The notes beneath the pieces were generated by a model. That model was not told the origin of the DNA and made no database searches. It was given only the letters and a program-made list of their open reading frames with translations. From contig OZ024744.1 of NCBI GenBank assembly GCA_964016885.1, forward strand, positions 104,408,001 to 104,472,000: a stretch of 64,000 bases of DNA, read 5' to 3'. The translations under genes were made by a program, and so were the position numbers. Positions 8,693 to 21,021 of this stretch are shown one piece after another (position 1 is the first letter of the stretch; each line of letters starts with the position of its first letter). Source of the stretch: Eledone cirrhosa. Taxonomy: Eukaryota.

Positions 8693-10532
8693 GGCACTTA
8701 TATATATATATGTGTGTGTGTAAGTGTACAATCCAATCGAGAAGGAGCAAGAATTTGGTTGTATTTTCTCCTACTATAATTTATATATATATATATATAT
8801 TCAATGAAGAGAAATTAGTAGCAATGGTTTGTTAAATAAAGGGGTTTTTCTCTATCTGGAGCCAAACTACGTTCAGACAAAATAATACTTGACAGCTAAG
8901 AATTACCTCCCTATAAGACTGGGTCATCTCTATCTTCCCTTATATTTTTCTTAGATGCTGGCAGAATGATCCAATGGCTTGTTTGCCCCCAGAAAAGGTC
9001 TGCCTATAATTTTTGTCTTTCGTAACTTAGTAACATTTCGCTGATGGGGGTTGATTTTGTAGGAATTGGGTCTTATCTCGGCAAATTAATTTACAGAATT
9101 GAAGGTTAAACCGGGAAAGGTTAGAGAAAAAAATTATTTGATTTTAATACCCTAAATATAGTTAGAGTAAAAGTTGAAGTAATTTATTAACTTCCACTAC
9201 ATAATTTGTACACGATAACAATACGATATATGTATTACATGTATATAAGAGACGGGGTGGGGTCACGTTTTAGTCAAATAAAACAATTAAAACAATTTAA
9301 AAAAATTAAAACAATTAAAAAAAACATGAAATCAGTCTTTTATTGAATTTTTTTCTGTGTGATCATTATGTGTGTACTATTATTCGTGTGTGACCTTTTC
9401 TAAAAATTATTTATTTCACATAATTATGCATAAAAATAAACACTACTTATTTTATAATCGCACACCACAACAAGGGCTGCTGGAGTTTACTTCTAATAAT
9501 GTTGGAGGTTAGCTAACACACAGTATTGCTGGTTAACACACAGTATTGCTGGAGTTAGCTAACACACAGTATAGCGTGGCTAAGACACTGGAATAACCAA
9601 GTGCAATCAACATCACTTGATATTTCAGTAAGACAAGCTACCAACAATGACGAGAACTTTCTTGTCAGTCGCTCAGCTTCTCCAAACATCGCATGCACGA
9701 CAAACTGGAAAAAATAGTTTGCCAATAATTTCTGGTATTTAAAAATTATTCCATTCATCTACGGATACAGTGCACCCCCCCCCCTCTTATTGCACACACA
9801 CACCCCTTTCGTTACTGCATCCCCCACCCCATTCGTTACTGCATCATTATGGTTGTGGGAGGAGGGAACAAAACAGTCGCTGACTGCTGCATCCCCATCA
9901 ACCCTGGACAATCTGGTTGGTTCTAGAAGTAAGAAGATATTGATTCTGGTTAGAGTCCACCTTTATTATAAGGTTTAGTTCGGTATGGTGAGTGAAACAC
10001 CTTTCATTCAGACAGCAAGACAACAATGAAGACCCCCCCTGGAATCATGAGTCCTGTCACCACATTCAAACCTTATCGGAGGATTCTTTCAGTATCAAAC
10101 AATGACAAAATATTTAATAACTAAATTATATTTAAATTAAATAATTTCCAATTATAAAACAGTAAGTCTGTTTGTTGCTATGGACAGAGGGCATTGTGAT
10201 TGACGTTGATAGAAATTCTTATATAACTGGTTATTTTGGGGAGTTTTCTGAATATATAAATCATTCATTTTGTACTAAGTTAAAAATACTGCTACTAAGA
10301 TATTAGGTCGCCTTTCAACAGGGATAAGTGACAGGCTATATTATGGTGGATATAGAAAAAGAACAAGATGACCAGGTTACATCAGCTTTCATCCTGGATC
10401 AGCACAATTACATTTTACTAAAAGATCTCAAGATATTCTAAGATAGAATATGTGGTAATTAGTAATGTTATAACAGAGACAATATTGTGTAGAGAAAACT
10501 CTTCCACCTGGCTGAGCAAATGAGAACATCTC

Positions 10533-11655
10533 TAGTGTTGGTACAATGATAAAATACACCCAGTACACTCTGTAAAGTGGTGGTGCTGGTGCAATGGAAA
10601 AATACACCCAGTACACTCTGTAAAGTGGTTGTGTTGGTGCAATGGAAAAATACACTCAGTACACTGTAAAGTGGTGGTGTTGGTGCAATGATAAAATATA
10701 CCCAGTACACTCTGTAAAGTGGTTGTGTTGGTGCAATGATAAAATATACCCAGTACACTCTGTAAAGTGGTAGTGCTGGTGACATGATAAAATATTCCCA
10801 GTACACTCTGTAAAGTGGTAGTACTGGTGCCATGATAAAATACACCCAGTACACTCTGTAAAGTGGTAGTGCTGGTGCAATGATAAAATATTCCCAGTAC
10901 ACTCTGTAAAGTGATAGTGTTGGTGCAATGATAAAATATTCCCAGTACACTCTGTAAAGTGGTAGTGTTGGTGCAATGATAAAATATTCCCAGTACAGTC
11001 TAGTGCTGGTGCCATGATAAAATACACCCAGTACACTCTGTAAAGTGGTAGTGCTGGTGCAATGATAAAATATTCCCAGTACACTCTGTAAAGTGGTAGT
11101 GCTGGTGCCATGATAAAATATTCCCAGTACAGTCTAGTGCTGGTGCCATGATAAAATACACCCAGTACACTCTGTAAAGTGGTAGTGCTGGTGCAATGAT
11201 AAAATATTCCCAGTACAGTCTAGTGCTGGTGCCATGATAAAATACACCCAGTACACTCTGTAAAGTGGTAGTGCTGGTGCAATGATAAAATATTCCCAGT
11301 ACACTCTGTAAAGTGGTAGTGCTGGTGCCATGATAAAATATTCCCAGTACAGTCTAGTGCTGGTGCCATGATAAAATACACCCAGTACACTCTGTAAAGT
11401 GGTAGTGCTGGTGCAATGATAAAATATTCCCAGTACAGTCTAGTGCTGGTGCCATGATAAAATACACCCAGTACACTCTGTAAAGTGGTAGTGCTGGTGC
11501 CATGATAAAATATTCCCAGTACAGTCTAGTGCTGGTGCCATGATAAAATACACCCAGTACACTCTGTAAAGTGGTAGTGCTGGTGCCATGATAAAATATT
11601 CCCAGTACAGTCTAGTGCTGGTGCCATGGTAAAATACACTCTGTAAAGTGGTGTG
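10533..11655 (+). repeat. Minisatellite of 48-bp and 38-bp units derived from the RTE 5' region
   Basis: Long unit AAAATACACCCAGTACACTCTGTAAAGTGGTAGTGCTGGTGCMATGAT; short unit AAAATATTCCCAGTACAGTCTAGTGCTGGTGCCATGAT. Confidence 0.95.
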
Positions 11656-11905
11656 CTGGTTCCTTCCACAATTAAGCAAACCCAGTACTCCATGCGAAGT
11701 GGTTGGTTGTAGAACCCCCCCCCCCCACACACACACACACATACACACAACATAGAAACCATGCCATATATGGAATGTATGGGCAAGAGGAGATCTCTGT
11801 GACATGTCTAGACATGTACCTTGACAACCCATCCAACTCCTGCCTGCATGGAAAGTGAACATTAAAATGATGATGGTAATGGTGATGAGGATGATGATGA
11901 TGATG
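11656..11905 (+). mobile_element. 3' remainder of an RTE-derived non-autonomous element
   Basis: Ends CCCATCCAACTCCTGCCTGCATGGAAAGTGAACATTAAAATGATGATG. Confidence 0.7.
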
Positions 11906-12075
11906 GCGACACTGTATTCATTCAGGGTCTACAGATGGTTAAGTTGATAGGGATGGCGACAAACACCAAAAGATCTGTGATTCAGGTATCATAACTAAGA
12001 GTTGAGCACATCATCATTGGCACCAACTCAATTCTAAACAATGTTTTTTTTAACAAGATTCAACCAATGTTGTTA

Positions 12076-12267
12076 TAATACTTGTTTCTACTTTAGGCAC
12101 AAGGCCAGCAATTACCCAGTGCATGACTGGTACTTTATTTTATCGACCCCATAAGGATGAAAGGCAAAGTCAACCTCGGCGGGATTTGAACTCAGATCGT
12201 AAAGGGACGTAACTATGCTTGAAAGCATGGCGTCGGCCCCTCTACCGATACTGCCAATTCACCGACT
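12076..12267 (-). mobile_element. tRNA-derived SINE
   Basis: Reverse complement of the 12486-12678 copy, including the B box. Confidence 0.9.
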
Positions 12268-12378
12268 GATGCCAGATGTGACTGGACAGTTCCAGTTTGA
12301 TATGGAGTAGCCACTGTATTCATAGCTAAAATATTTACCAATCACTCAATTCACTTGGCTGTCTATAACTGATATGTA

Positions 12379-12471
12379 TTTGCCTTTCATCCTTAAGGGG
12401 TCGATAAAATAAAGTTACCAGTAATGCACTGGGTAATTGCTGGCCTTGTGCCTAAAGTAGAAACAATTATT
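12379..12471 (+). mobile_element. 5'-truncated SINE copy
   Basis: TTTGCCTTTCATCCTTAAGGGGTCGATAAAATAAAG...GTAGAAACAATTATT. Confidence 0.85.
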
Positions 12472-12485
12472 AACTTAAAATAAAT

Positions 12486-12678
12486 AGGCGGTGGATTGGC
12501 AGTATCGGTGGAGGGTCGGACGCCATGCTTTCCAGCATAGAGTTACGTCCCTTTACGATCTGAGTTCAAATCCCGCCAAGGTTAACTTTGCCTTTCATCC
12601 TTACGGGGTCGATAAAATAAAGTACCAGTAATGCACTGGGTATTTGCTGGCCTTGTGCCTAAAGTAGAAACAATTATT
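12486..12678 (+). mobile_element. Full-length tRNA-derived SINE
   Basis: A-box-like TGGCAGTATCGG and B box GAGTTCAAATCCC. Central GCCTTTCATCCTTACGGGGTCGATAAAATAAAGTACCAG resembles, from memory, a MetaSINE-type conserved domain. ATT tail. Confidence 0.9.
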
Positions 12679-12862
12679 TGATTGGCAGTATCGGTAGAGG
12701 GTCGGACGCCATGCTTTGACGCATAGTTACGTCCCTTTACTATCTGACTTCAAATCCCGCCGAGGTTGACTTTGCCTTTCATCCTTACGGGGTCGATAAA
12801 ATAAAGTACCAGTAATGCACTGGGTAATTGCTGGCCTTGTGCCTAAAGTAGAAACAATTATT
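12679..12862 (+). mobile_element. Tandem SINE copy
   Basis: Head-to-tail near-duplicate of 12493-12678. Confidence 0.9.
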
Positions 12863-13120
12863 AACTTAAAATGTTGAGAAGAGGTTCTGTTTCACTGATC
12901 TCATCTTTATAGCTCAATATACAATGACTTCCAACTATTAAACATGTACGTTTGTATTTTTATTTATGATACAGAATCTAAACTAATAGTAGCGTTTTAA
13001 TTATACAAAACCTTGTTTAATTATATGTAACAAGTCATACACTATCTTGTTTTAATTTTGATTGTTTGCCATGATTTTATTTCCAAAGTCTCTTCTACTA
13101 ACCCACAAAAATCTTGAAAT

Positions 13121-13300
13121 AATTGTTTCTACTTTTGGCACATGGCCAGCAATTACCCAGTGCATTACTGGTACTTTATTTTATCGACCCCGTAAGGATG
13201 AAAGGCAAAGTTAACCTCGGCGGGATTTGAACTCAGAATGGCAAGGGCCGTAACTCTATGCGTCAAAGCATGGCGTCCGACCCTCTACCAATACTGCCAA
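13121..13300 (-). mobile_element. SINE copy with target-site duplication
   Basis: Same family; direct repeat AATCTTGAAATAAT at 13110-13123 and 13299-13312. Confidence 0.9.
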
Positions 13301-14377
13301 TCTTGAAATAATAACATACAATTATATCTTTTGAACGAAAATTTCTTATTTGTAATTAATCATAATGGTTACATATGTTAATACACAGTTTGTGTTGTGT
13401 TAGAAATAATTTAACTACATTATCACAGTCTTAACCATTTAGCATTTAAACCGACCAGAAATCTCTCATCCCTTTCTTTCTATTCAAAGCAGCAATAACT
13501 GGCTGCTCATACTGATGTTAAGATATTGTTCTCAAAATAAATAACATCAAAATCTCGTAGATTCAATATTATGTGAGATAAATCATTTACCACAAAAATA
13601 CAATAGTATATATAGAGTAATGTAAATACTAAAGAGTTAAAGAATGTTGTGAAATGTCGCTGGGCAGAGTTAAAGAACTGTAATAAAAGTGTCAAGAAAG
13701 AGGAGCTATACCACTGTCATATTTAGGATATATTATAGGAATATTATAAAGATATGTTACTTTTTACTTTCATATAATGGCTTCATATATGCACAAATTA
13801 GGGTTGATTTAATTGATTTTCCCCTCCTCCAAAAATTGGCGTTTTGCCTAAATCAGAAACCATTATTATTCATAAATGGAACATGCCATTATTTAAACAC
13901 TTTTATTACATAAAACAATGTTTACATTTGCCATATTGTAATGCTCAACACACACACAGCTGTATCCAAGCCTGTTGTGTACAACTATAAATCATGCCAG
14001 AAAAAAATGTGACTGGAAATTTAAGTTTTTTGTCTATCACACCTGGTTAAAACTCTAGCAAGATAGGATTATATTGTAGCTGAAAAACATTGTTACAAAT
14101 AATTTAGAAACTTACTTTTAATTAACATTAATATATATTGAATAATATTAAAATTATAACATTATTTGGTATGTTTTGTTTAAAGTAATGACTGTATTTA
14201 AGCCAAAATTGAACTCACCAGGGAGTTCAATTTGGTGAGAATTCAGCTAATCAAAACATTGGATTCCACAGTCGTTTTATAACTTATAAATCACTCATTT
14301 CCTCAGCAGTCAAATACATCCAAGACAGAAACTCCAGTTAACATAGAATGTAATTGTTTGATAACAAGTATGTATTT

Positions 14378-15397
14378 AACACAACACAGCACTGGTATAC
14401 CTGTAAGACAGCACTGGTATACCTGTAACACAGCACTGGTATACCTATAACAGAGTACTGGTATACCTGTAAAACAGCACTGTAATACATGTAACACAGC
14501 CACAGCACTGGTATACCTGTAACATACCACTGGTATACCTGTAACACAGCACTGTTATACCTGTAACACACCACTGGTATACCTGTAACACACCACTGGT
14601 ATACTTGTAACATACCACTGGTATACCTGTAACACACCACTAGTATACCTGTAACGCACCACTAGTATACCTGTAACACAGCACTGGTATACCTGTAACA
14701 CACCACTGGTATACCTGTAACACCACACAACACTGGTATACCTGTAACACCACACAACACTGGTATACCTACATTACAACACCTGTAACACAACACACCA
14801 CTAGTATGCCTGTAACACAACACCTATTACACAACACACCACTGGTATGCCTGTAACACAACACCTATTACACAACACACCACTGGTATAGCTACAACAC
14901 AACACACCAATGGTATAGCTACAACACACCAATGGTATAGCCACAACACACCACACCAATGGTATAGCTACAACACACCACTGGTATAGCTACAACACAA
15001 CACACCAATGGTATAGCTACAACACACCAATGGTATAGCTACAACACACCACACCAATGGTATAGCTACAACACAACACACCAGTGGTATAGCTACAACA
15101 CACCACTGGTATAGCTACAACACACCAATGGTATAGCTACAACACACCACACCAATGGTATAGCTACAACACACCACACCAATGGTATAGCTACAACACA
15201 ACACACCAGTGGTATAGCTACAACACACCACTGGTATAGCTACAACACACCAATGGTATAGCTACAACACACCACACCAATGGTATAGCTACAACACACC
15301 ACACCAATGGTATAGCTACAACACAACACACCACTGGTATAGCTACAACACACCAATGGTATAGCTACAACACAACACACCAATGGTACACCTGTAA
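14378..15397. repeat. 22/27-bp minisatellite with two sequence zones
   Basis: CACTGGTATACCTGTAACACAC units to ~14870, then CAATGGTATAGCTACAACACAC(CACAC) units. Confidence 0.95.
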
Positions 15398-15544
15398 TAT
15401 GGCAGACTAATGCATATTTTGAGCCATGAATCTGTTGACTCTGTGTCTGATACACATGTTACTATGGCAACTGATCATTAACTTTTACAGACATTCTGCA
15501 TAACACATATACACACACATCTCTATACCATATTATGCGCAGGG

Positions 15545-15815
15545 ACATAGAAATAATCGGGCTGGATGCCCGATCGTGCAGTTGAACCACTGGGAGTGAA
15601 GGACCGCTAGCCTTTGTCAGGGCATTCTTCTAGGAGAAGGCAACTCAGGAAACTGGGTTAACACTGACATAAAACCTGAAGCTCAGTAGTTACCGATGAT
15701 GTTGATCTTTTCTTCTTTTCAGGTTATAGCTACTGTCTCTCAGAGAGTGGGATTGGCTCAGTGTACAGTCTTTCCTCACTTTAAAAATATTCTTCACGCA
15801 CAGGCATTGCACGAT
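15545..15815 (+). other. Possible isolated retroelement 5' UTR fragment
   Basis: GC-richer island with TAGGAGAAGGCAACTC, reminiscent of RTE 5'-UTR motifs; recognition is from memory only. Confidence 0.3.
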
Positions 15816-15869
15816 TGCATTAATTAATAATTATTAATAGTGTTATTATTATTGTTATTATTGTTATGA

Positions 15870-18800
15870 CTATGCTGTAAAATGGAGGGGTAGAGAGGGC
15901 CCTTGAGTCCAGTAAGACATCCTCCCTAGTGCTGGTGGCATGAATAAAAGCACCCAGTCCATGCTGTAAAGTGGTGCTGGTGTTAGGAAGGGCATCCAAC
16001 CAGTATATATATACTACTGCCAAAAACTATGAGCACAACATATGAGGATTGCAACAACTGCGTCAACAGCAATAACACTAACCATGTTAGGGCTGCACAC
16101 GGTAGTAGGGTTGCTGGGCGGCCATGTGCGAGAACCCCCCGACCGTCTTCAAGCAATCGCACTACAGGAAAAGGAACAAGAATATGAAGACGTCGCATCT
16201 CAGAGTTGCCACACTTAATGTTGGCACTCTCACAGGTAGATCTGGTGAAATAGTGGAGATGCTAGGGAGAAGGCATGTGGATGTGTGCTGTGTGCAAGAG
16301 GTGAGGTGGAGAGGTGCCTCAGTGAGACTAATCGCAGGCAAGCATCTTAGTTATAAGCTTTTCTGGGTAGGTAAGGATGATGGGTTAGGGGGAGTAGGCA
16401 TTTTCCTGGCTGAGAGATGGATCGATAAGACAATAGAGGTAGTTTGAGTTAGTATTAGAATCATTAAGCTTAGATTAGTTGTAGGCAGGAGACTACTGAC
16501 AATCATCTCTGCCTATGCTCCCCAGGCAGATCTAGGCAAAGAAGAGAAAGACTGTTTTTACGAGCAACTTTTACAAACAGCCTCAGTGACAGAGGACAGA
16601 GACATCGTTATGCTAGCGGGGACTTCAATGGTCATGTTGGACAGCTCCAGGATGGATACACTGGGGTACATTGTGGGCATGGTTACAGCTCAAGAAATGA
16701 AGAAGGAGTGAGACTTCTTGAATTTTGTGATGCAAGTGCACTAACCATTTGCAACACTAACTTCCAGAAACCTGCCAACCACCTAATAACCTACAAATCA
16801 GGCGAGCACATAAGCCAGATTGACTTCTTACTAGTTAGGCAGCAGGACAGGCAGATGGTGTCAAATACCAAGGCATACCCTGGGGAAGAATGTACCCTCC
16901 AGCATAGGTTAGTCATTAGTGATATCTCAGTAAGCAAGAGACGGAATGAGACATACAGGAAGGTGTGGAGAAGAAAGGTCTCGAAGCTAAAAGACCTTTC
17001 ACTAAAATATAAATTTAGGAAAGCCCTTCAAGATGTGTATGACAAAAAAGAAGTCGTATGACATAGATGATAATTGGAATTTCTTATGTGACAACTTACT
17101 GCAGGGTACTGATGAAACTTGTGGCTGGAGCAGAGCTCCAACCAGACAGAGAGTGACCTGGTGGTGGAACAGCTAGATAGGGCCATTAGAGACAAAAGAC
17201 TAGCATGGAATGCTTAGAAAAAGGGTGGGAGTAGAGAAGGATATACAGTCGCTAAGAGGGAAGCTAGACGTCAGGTATACTTAGCACGCAGGGAGGCTGA
17301 GAGTAGGAGGTTTGCCAATGTTCTGCGACGGGAAGATCAGAGACGTGCGGTGTTCTGCATTGTCAATGCAAATCAGGATGTTGTTGAAGATAAATGTGTC
17401 CGGAATAATGCCGGGGTACTTAGTGTCACGAATGATCAGAAAAAGGAGGCCTGGAAATGTCATTATGAGAGACTGATGAATGCGGAGAACAAATGGGAGA
17501 GAGAGAAATTACCCTCAGTAGATCCGACAGAGGGACCAGCTTTTGAGATTGACGAATATAGGGTCCAAGAGGCGATTATGGAAATGAAAAATTGTAAGGC
17601 CGCTGGACCGTCGGAGATATGCTACAAAGTTAAAGGAGATGCTCTGGAGAGGAACAATTATAGGGGTATAAAACTGATAGATCAGGTTATGAAAGTGGCA
17701 GAAGGGATATTAGCACAACTAATTAGAGAAAGGGTCAAACTAGATGAGATGCAGTTTGGTTTTGTGCCTGGGAAGAGTACAACAGATGCCCTCTTCTTGG
17801 TGAGACAATTACAAGAGAGGTTCTTAGAGAAGAATAAGCCACTATACTTAGCTTTTGTTGACCTAGAGAAGGCCTTTGATAGAGTACCCCGATCTGTCAT
17901 CTGGTGGTCCCTAAGGAAACTAGGTGTTGAGGAATGGCTTGTGAAGATAGTGCAAACTCTGTACAGAGGTGCTGTCAGTAAAGTCAGGGTAGGAATGGAG
18001 TTTAGTGAGGAATTCCAGATACAAGTAGGAGTACATCAGGGTTCCTTCCTCAGCCCGCTCTTGTTCATTATAGTCCTCCAAACCATAACAGAGGAGTTTA
18101 AGACTGGCTGTCCATGGGAACTTCTCTATGCTGACGATCTGGTCCTTATAGCAGAATCAGAGAAACTAGAGAATAGATTCCTGCCATGGAAACAGCAGTT
18201 GGAATCAAGAGGACTGAGAGTGAACCTAGCTAAGACAAAAGTGTTGATAAGTAAAAGAGAGGACAATACTCTGATTCCATCAGGGAAATTGCCATGTTTG
18301 ATATGTAGGAAAGGAACTGGCATAAATTCCATAAAATGTACGCAATACAGATCTTGGGTACACAAGAGATGTAGTGGGATAGCAGGCAAACTAACAGGTA
18401 GGGAGAAATACGTATGCAGTAGATGTACAGGGAAAATTGACAGTTGACATTTTTCAAAGGCAGGTGGGTGCTATAGAAGTGGTTGATAGCTTCCGGTACC
18501 TAGGTCGATCAGATTAGCATGGGAGGGGGGTGTTCTGAGGCCATAGTATCTAGAATAAGGACAGGTTGGAAGAAGTTTAGGGAGCTGCTTCCTCTGTTGA
18601 CAAAGAAGGGTTTCTCCCTGCGTACGAAAGGATGGTTATATGATGCCTGTGTGAGATGTGCGATGCTACATGGTAGTGAGACATGGGCAGAAACTGCAGA
18701 GGATATGTGACGGCTGAAGAGAAATGAGGCAAACATGCTCCGTTGGATGTGCAATGTCAATGTGCATGAACGACCGAGCATGGATGTGTTGAGAGAGAAA

Positions 18801-19115
18801 CTGTGTCTGAGAGGGATAGATTGTTGTGTGCGGGAGAGGAGACTGCGATGGTATGGACATGTGATGCACATGGAGAATGACCGCTGGGTAAAGAAGTGCC
18901 AAGAAATGCCAGTTGAAGGAAGACGTGGTAGAGGTAGACCACAAAAAACATGGGCGGAGGTGGTGAGAGCAGACCTCACATCGCTGAAGTTCATGGAGGA
19001 GATGATGAAGGAACGTGACAAGTGGAGAGATGCTGTGCTGAATAGGACCTGTCCAGCCCTTGCAAGCAGAGAAAAGCGGACGTAAAATGATAATGATAAT
19101 GATGATGATGATGAT
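15870..19115 (+). mobile_element. Near full-length, inactivated RTE-clade LINE (family A, copy 2): 5' UTR, APE endonuclease, RT, PHD-like finger, C-terminal region, (ATG)n tail
   Basis: APE motifs LRVATLNVGTL, CVQEVRW, GVGIF, ISAYAPQ, GDFNGHVG, SQIDFLL, QHRLV. RT motifs FVDLEKAFDRV, GVHQGS.LSPLLF, YADD, NLAKTK. Several stops and frameshifts. Confidence 0.97.
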
Positions 19116-19904
19116 AACATCTCTACCATGTTACACCAACACATCTCTACCATACCAACACATCTCTACCATGTTACACCAACACATCTCTACCACACCA
19201 ACACATCTCTACCATGTTATGCCAACACACCTCTACCATGTTACACCAACACATCTCTACTATGTTACACCAACACATCTTTACCACACCAATACATTTC
19301 TACCATGTTACACCAACACATCTCTACCATGTTACACCAACACATCTCTACCATGTTACACAAACACACCTCTACCATGTTACACCAACACATCTCTACC
19401 ACACCAACACATCTCTACCATGTTACACCAACACATCTCTACCATGTTACACCAACAGATCTCTACCACACCAATACATTTCTACCATGTTATACCAACA
19501 CATCTCTACCATGTTACACCAGCACACCTCTACCATGTTACACCAACACATCTCTACCATGTTACACCAAGACACCTCTACCATGTTACACCAACACACC
19601 TCTACCATGTTATACCAACACATCTCTACCACACCAACACATCTCTACCATGTTACACCAACACATCTCTACCACACCAACACATCTCTACTATGTTATA
19701 CCAACACATATCTACCATGTTACACCAACACACCTCTACCATATTATACCAACACATCTCTACCACACCAACACATCTCTACCACACCAATACACCTCTA
19801 CCATGTTATACCAACACATATCTACCATGTTACACCAACACACCTCTACCATGTTACATCAACACATCTCTACCATGTTACAGCAACACATCTCTACCAC
19901 ACCA
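19116..19904. repeat. 24/19-bp minisatellite
   Basis: Unit CACCAACACATCTCTACCATGTTA and a variant lacking TGTTA. Confidence 0.95.
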
Positions 19905-20110
19905 GCAGACATCATAACAGAGGAGTTTAAAAAAGGATATCTGTGTGAACTCCTATTCATGGATGATCTTGTTCTCATAGTTGAATATGAGGTAAAATTA
20001 AAGAAGAGATTCCAGACAGAATCAACACTTGGAATCAAAATATCTCTAAGTAAACTTAGTAATGATTAAAATCCTAGTGGGTAGGAAAGAAGATTAGACC
20101 CTGATATTTG
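19905..20110 (+). mobile_element. Older RT-core fragment related to family A
   Basis: IITEEFKKGYLCELLFMDDLVLI versus AITEEFKTGCPWELLYADDLVL. Confidence 0.8.
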
Positions 20111-20329
20111 TGTACAAACTCTTGATTTTTTGTCACAATGGAACCCACTTACACACACATCACAGAACAACAAATGTCATCTGGATCTTTATTTCAAATA
20201 GAAAAGGAACTTTCTATTTGAATCAATAGATAGTTCAAATAAACCAATTGAATCCTGATCGGTTGAACCTCACATCCACCCTCACCACCACTATATATAT
20301 ATATTTTTTTTCTTGATCGACTTTCGTCA

Positions 20330-20527
20330 AATCGGACCGAGGAAACAATGTTTCCATTGGTTTTTCCAATTGCTAATACTATCCATCGGTCGCAACTCCA
20401 GGTAGAAGGAGCAATGTGAAATAAAGTGTCTTGCTCAAGGACATAACACATCGCCCGGTCTAGAAATCGAACTGACAACCCCATGAATGCGAATCCAGTT
20501 CTCAAACCACTCAGCTACACACCTTCA
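20330..20527 (-). mobile_element. tRNA-derived SINE of a second family
   Basis: Minus strand A box TAGCTGAGTGG, B-like GTTCGATTTC, then TCCTTGAGCAAGACACTTTA. Confidence 0.75.
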
Positions 20528-21021
20528 CGTCCACACGTCTCTCTCTCTCTCACTCTCTCTCTCTCTCCATATATATATACACACACACACATATATATAT
20601 ATGAAGAAACTGTTAGAGAAAATACTGTATGTTTAACAGCCCACAAAATATAAGATCAAACTTCTTTAATACAAATTAATCATTATTAGATAAGAAGGAC
20701 ATAACCAATTAAAACCAGTAATATCTGATTAAACTGAAATTCATTTAATCTAACAAGTATTGAAATATTTATTCTGTCAGTTTAAAGAAAAAATGAATCT
20801 TTAAACATTTGATTTGTATGGTTCTTTGCTTCCTTTTTTAACTATATATATGTATATTCTGATGACGTGACTGTGAAAATCTAGAAACATTAATTAGATT
20901 ACAGATTTAGGAACTTTGAAGTTCTAAACAAGCTGTGAAGGACATGTAAGAAAATATGGGCAAAATCTAATTAAATAAGTTAAAACTTGAACATAGTCAT
21001 GTCTTTAATAATATATGTCTA

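Noticed and set aside
10533-11655. CRISPR-like regular repeats
   Set aside because: There are no unique spacers and no cas genes; it is a eukaryotic tandem repeat.
12486-12580. tRNA gene
   Set aside because: A/B boxes are present but belong to a multi-copy SINE head; I could not fold a convincing cloverleaf.
15545-16000. HDV-like ribozyme at the RTE 5' end
   Set aside because: Known in some RTE elements, but I could not identify the nested double pseudoknot by eye; it needs an RNArobo/Infernal search.
19060-20069. Three overlapping 238-313 aa ORFs
   Set aside because: All three frames of the 24/19-bp minisatellite lack stops; only the last ~50 codons are real RT remnant.
20859-20892. CTGATGA...GAAACATT hammerhead-like core
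   Set aside because: The intervening sequence does not form stem II.
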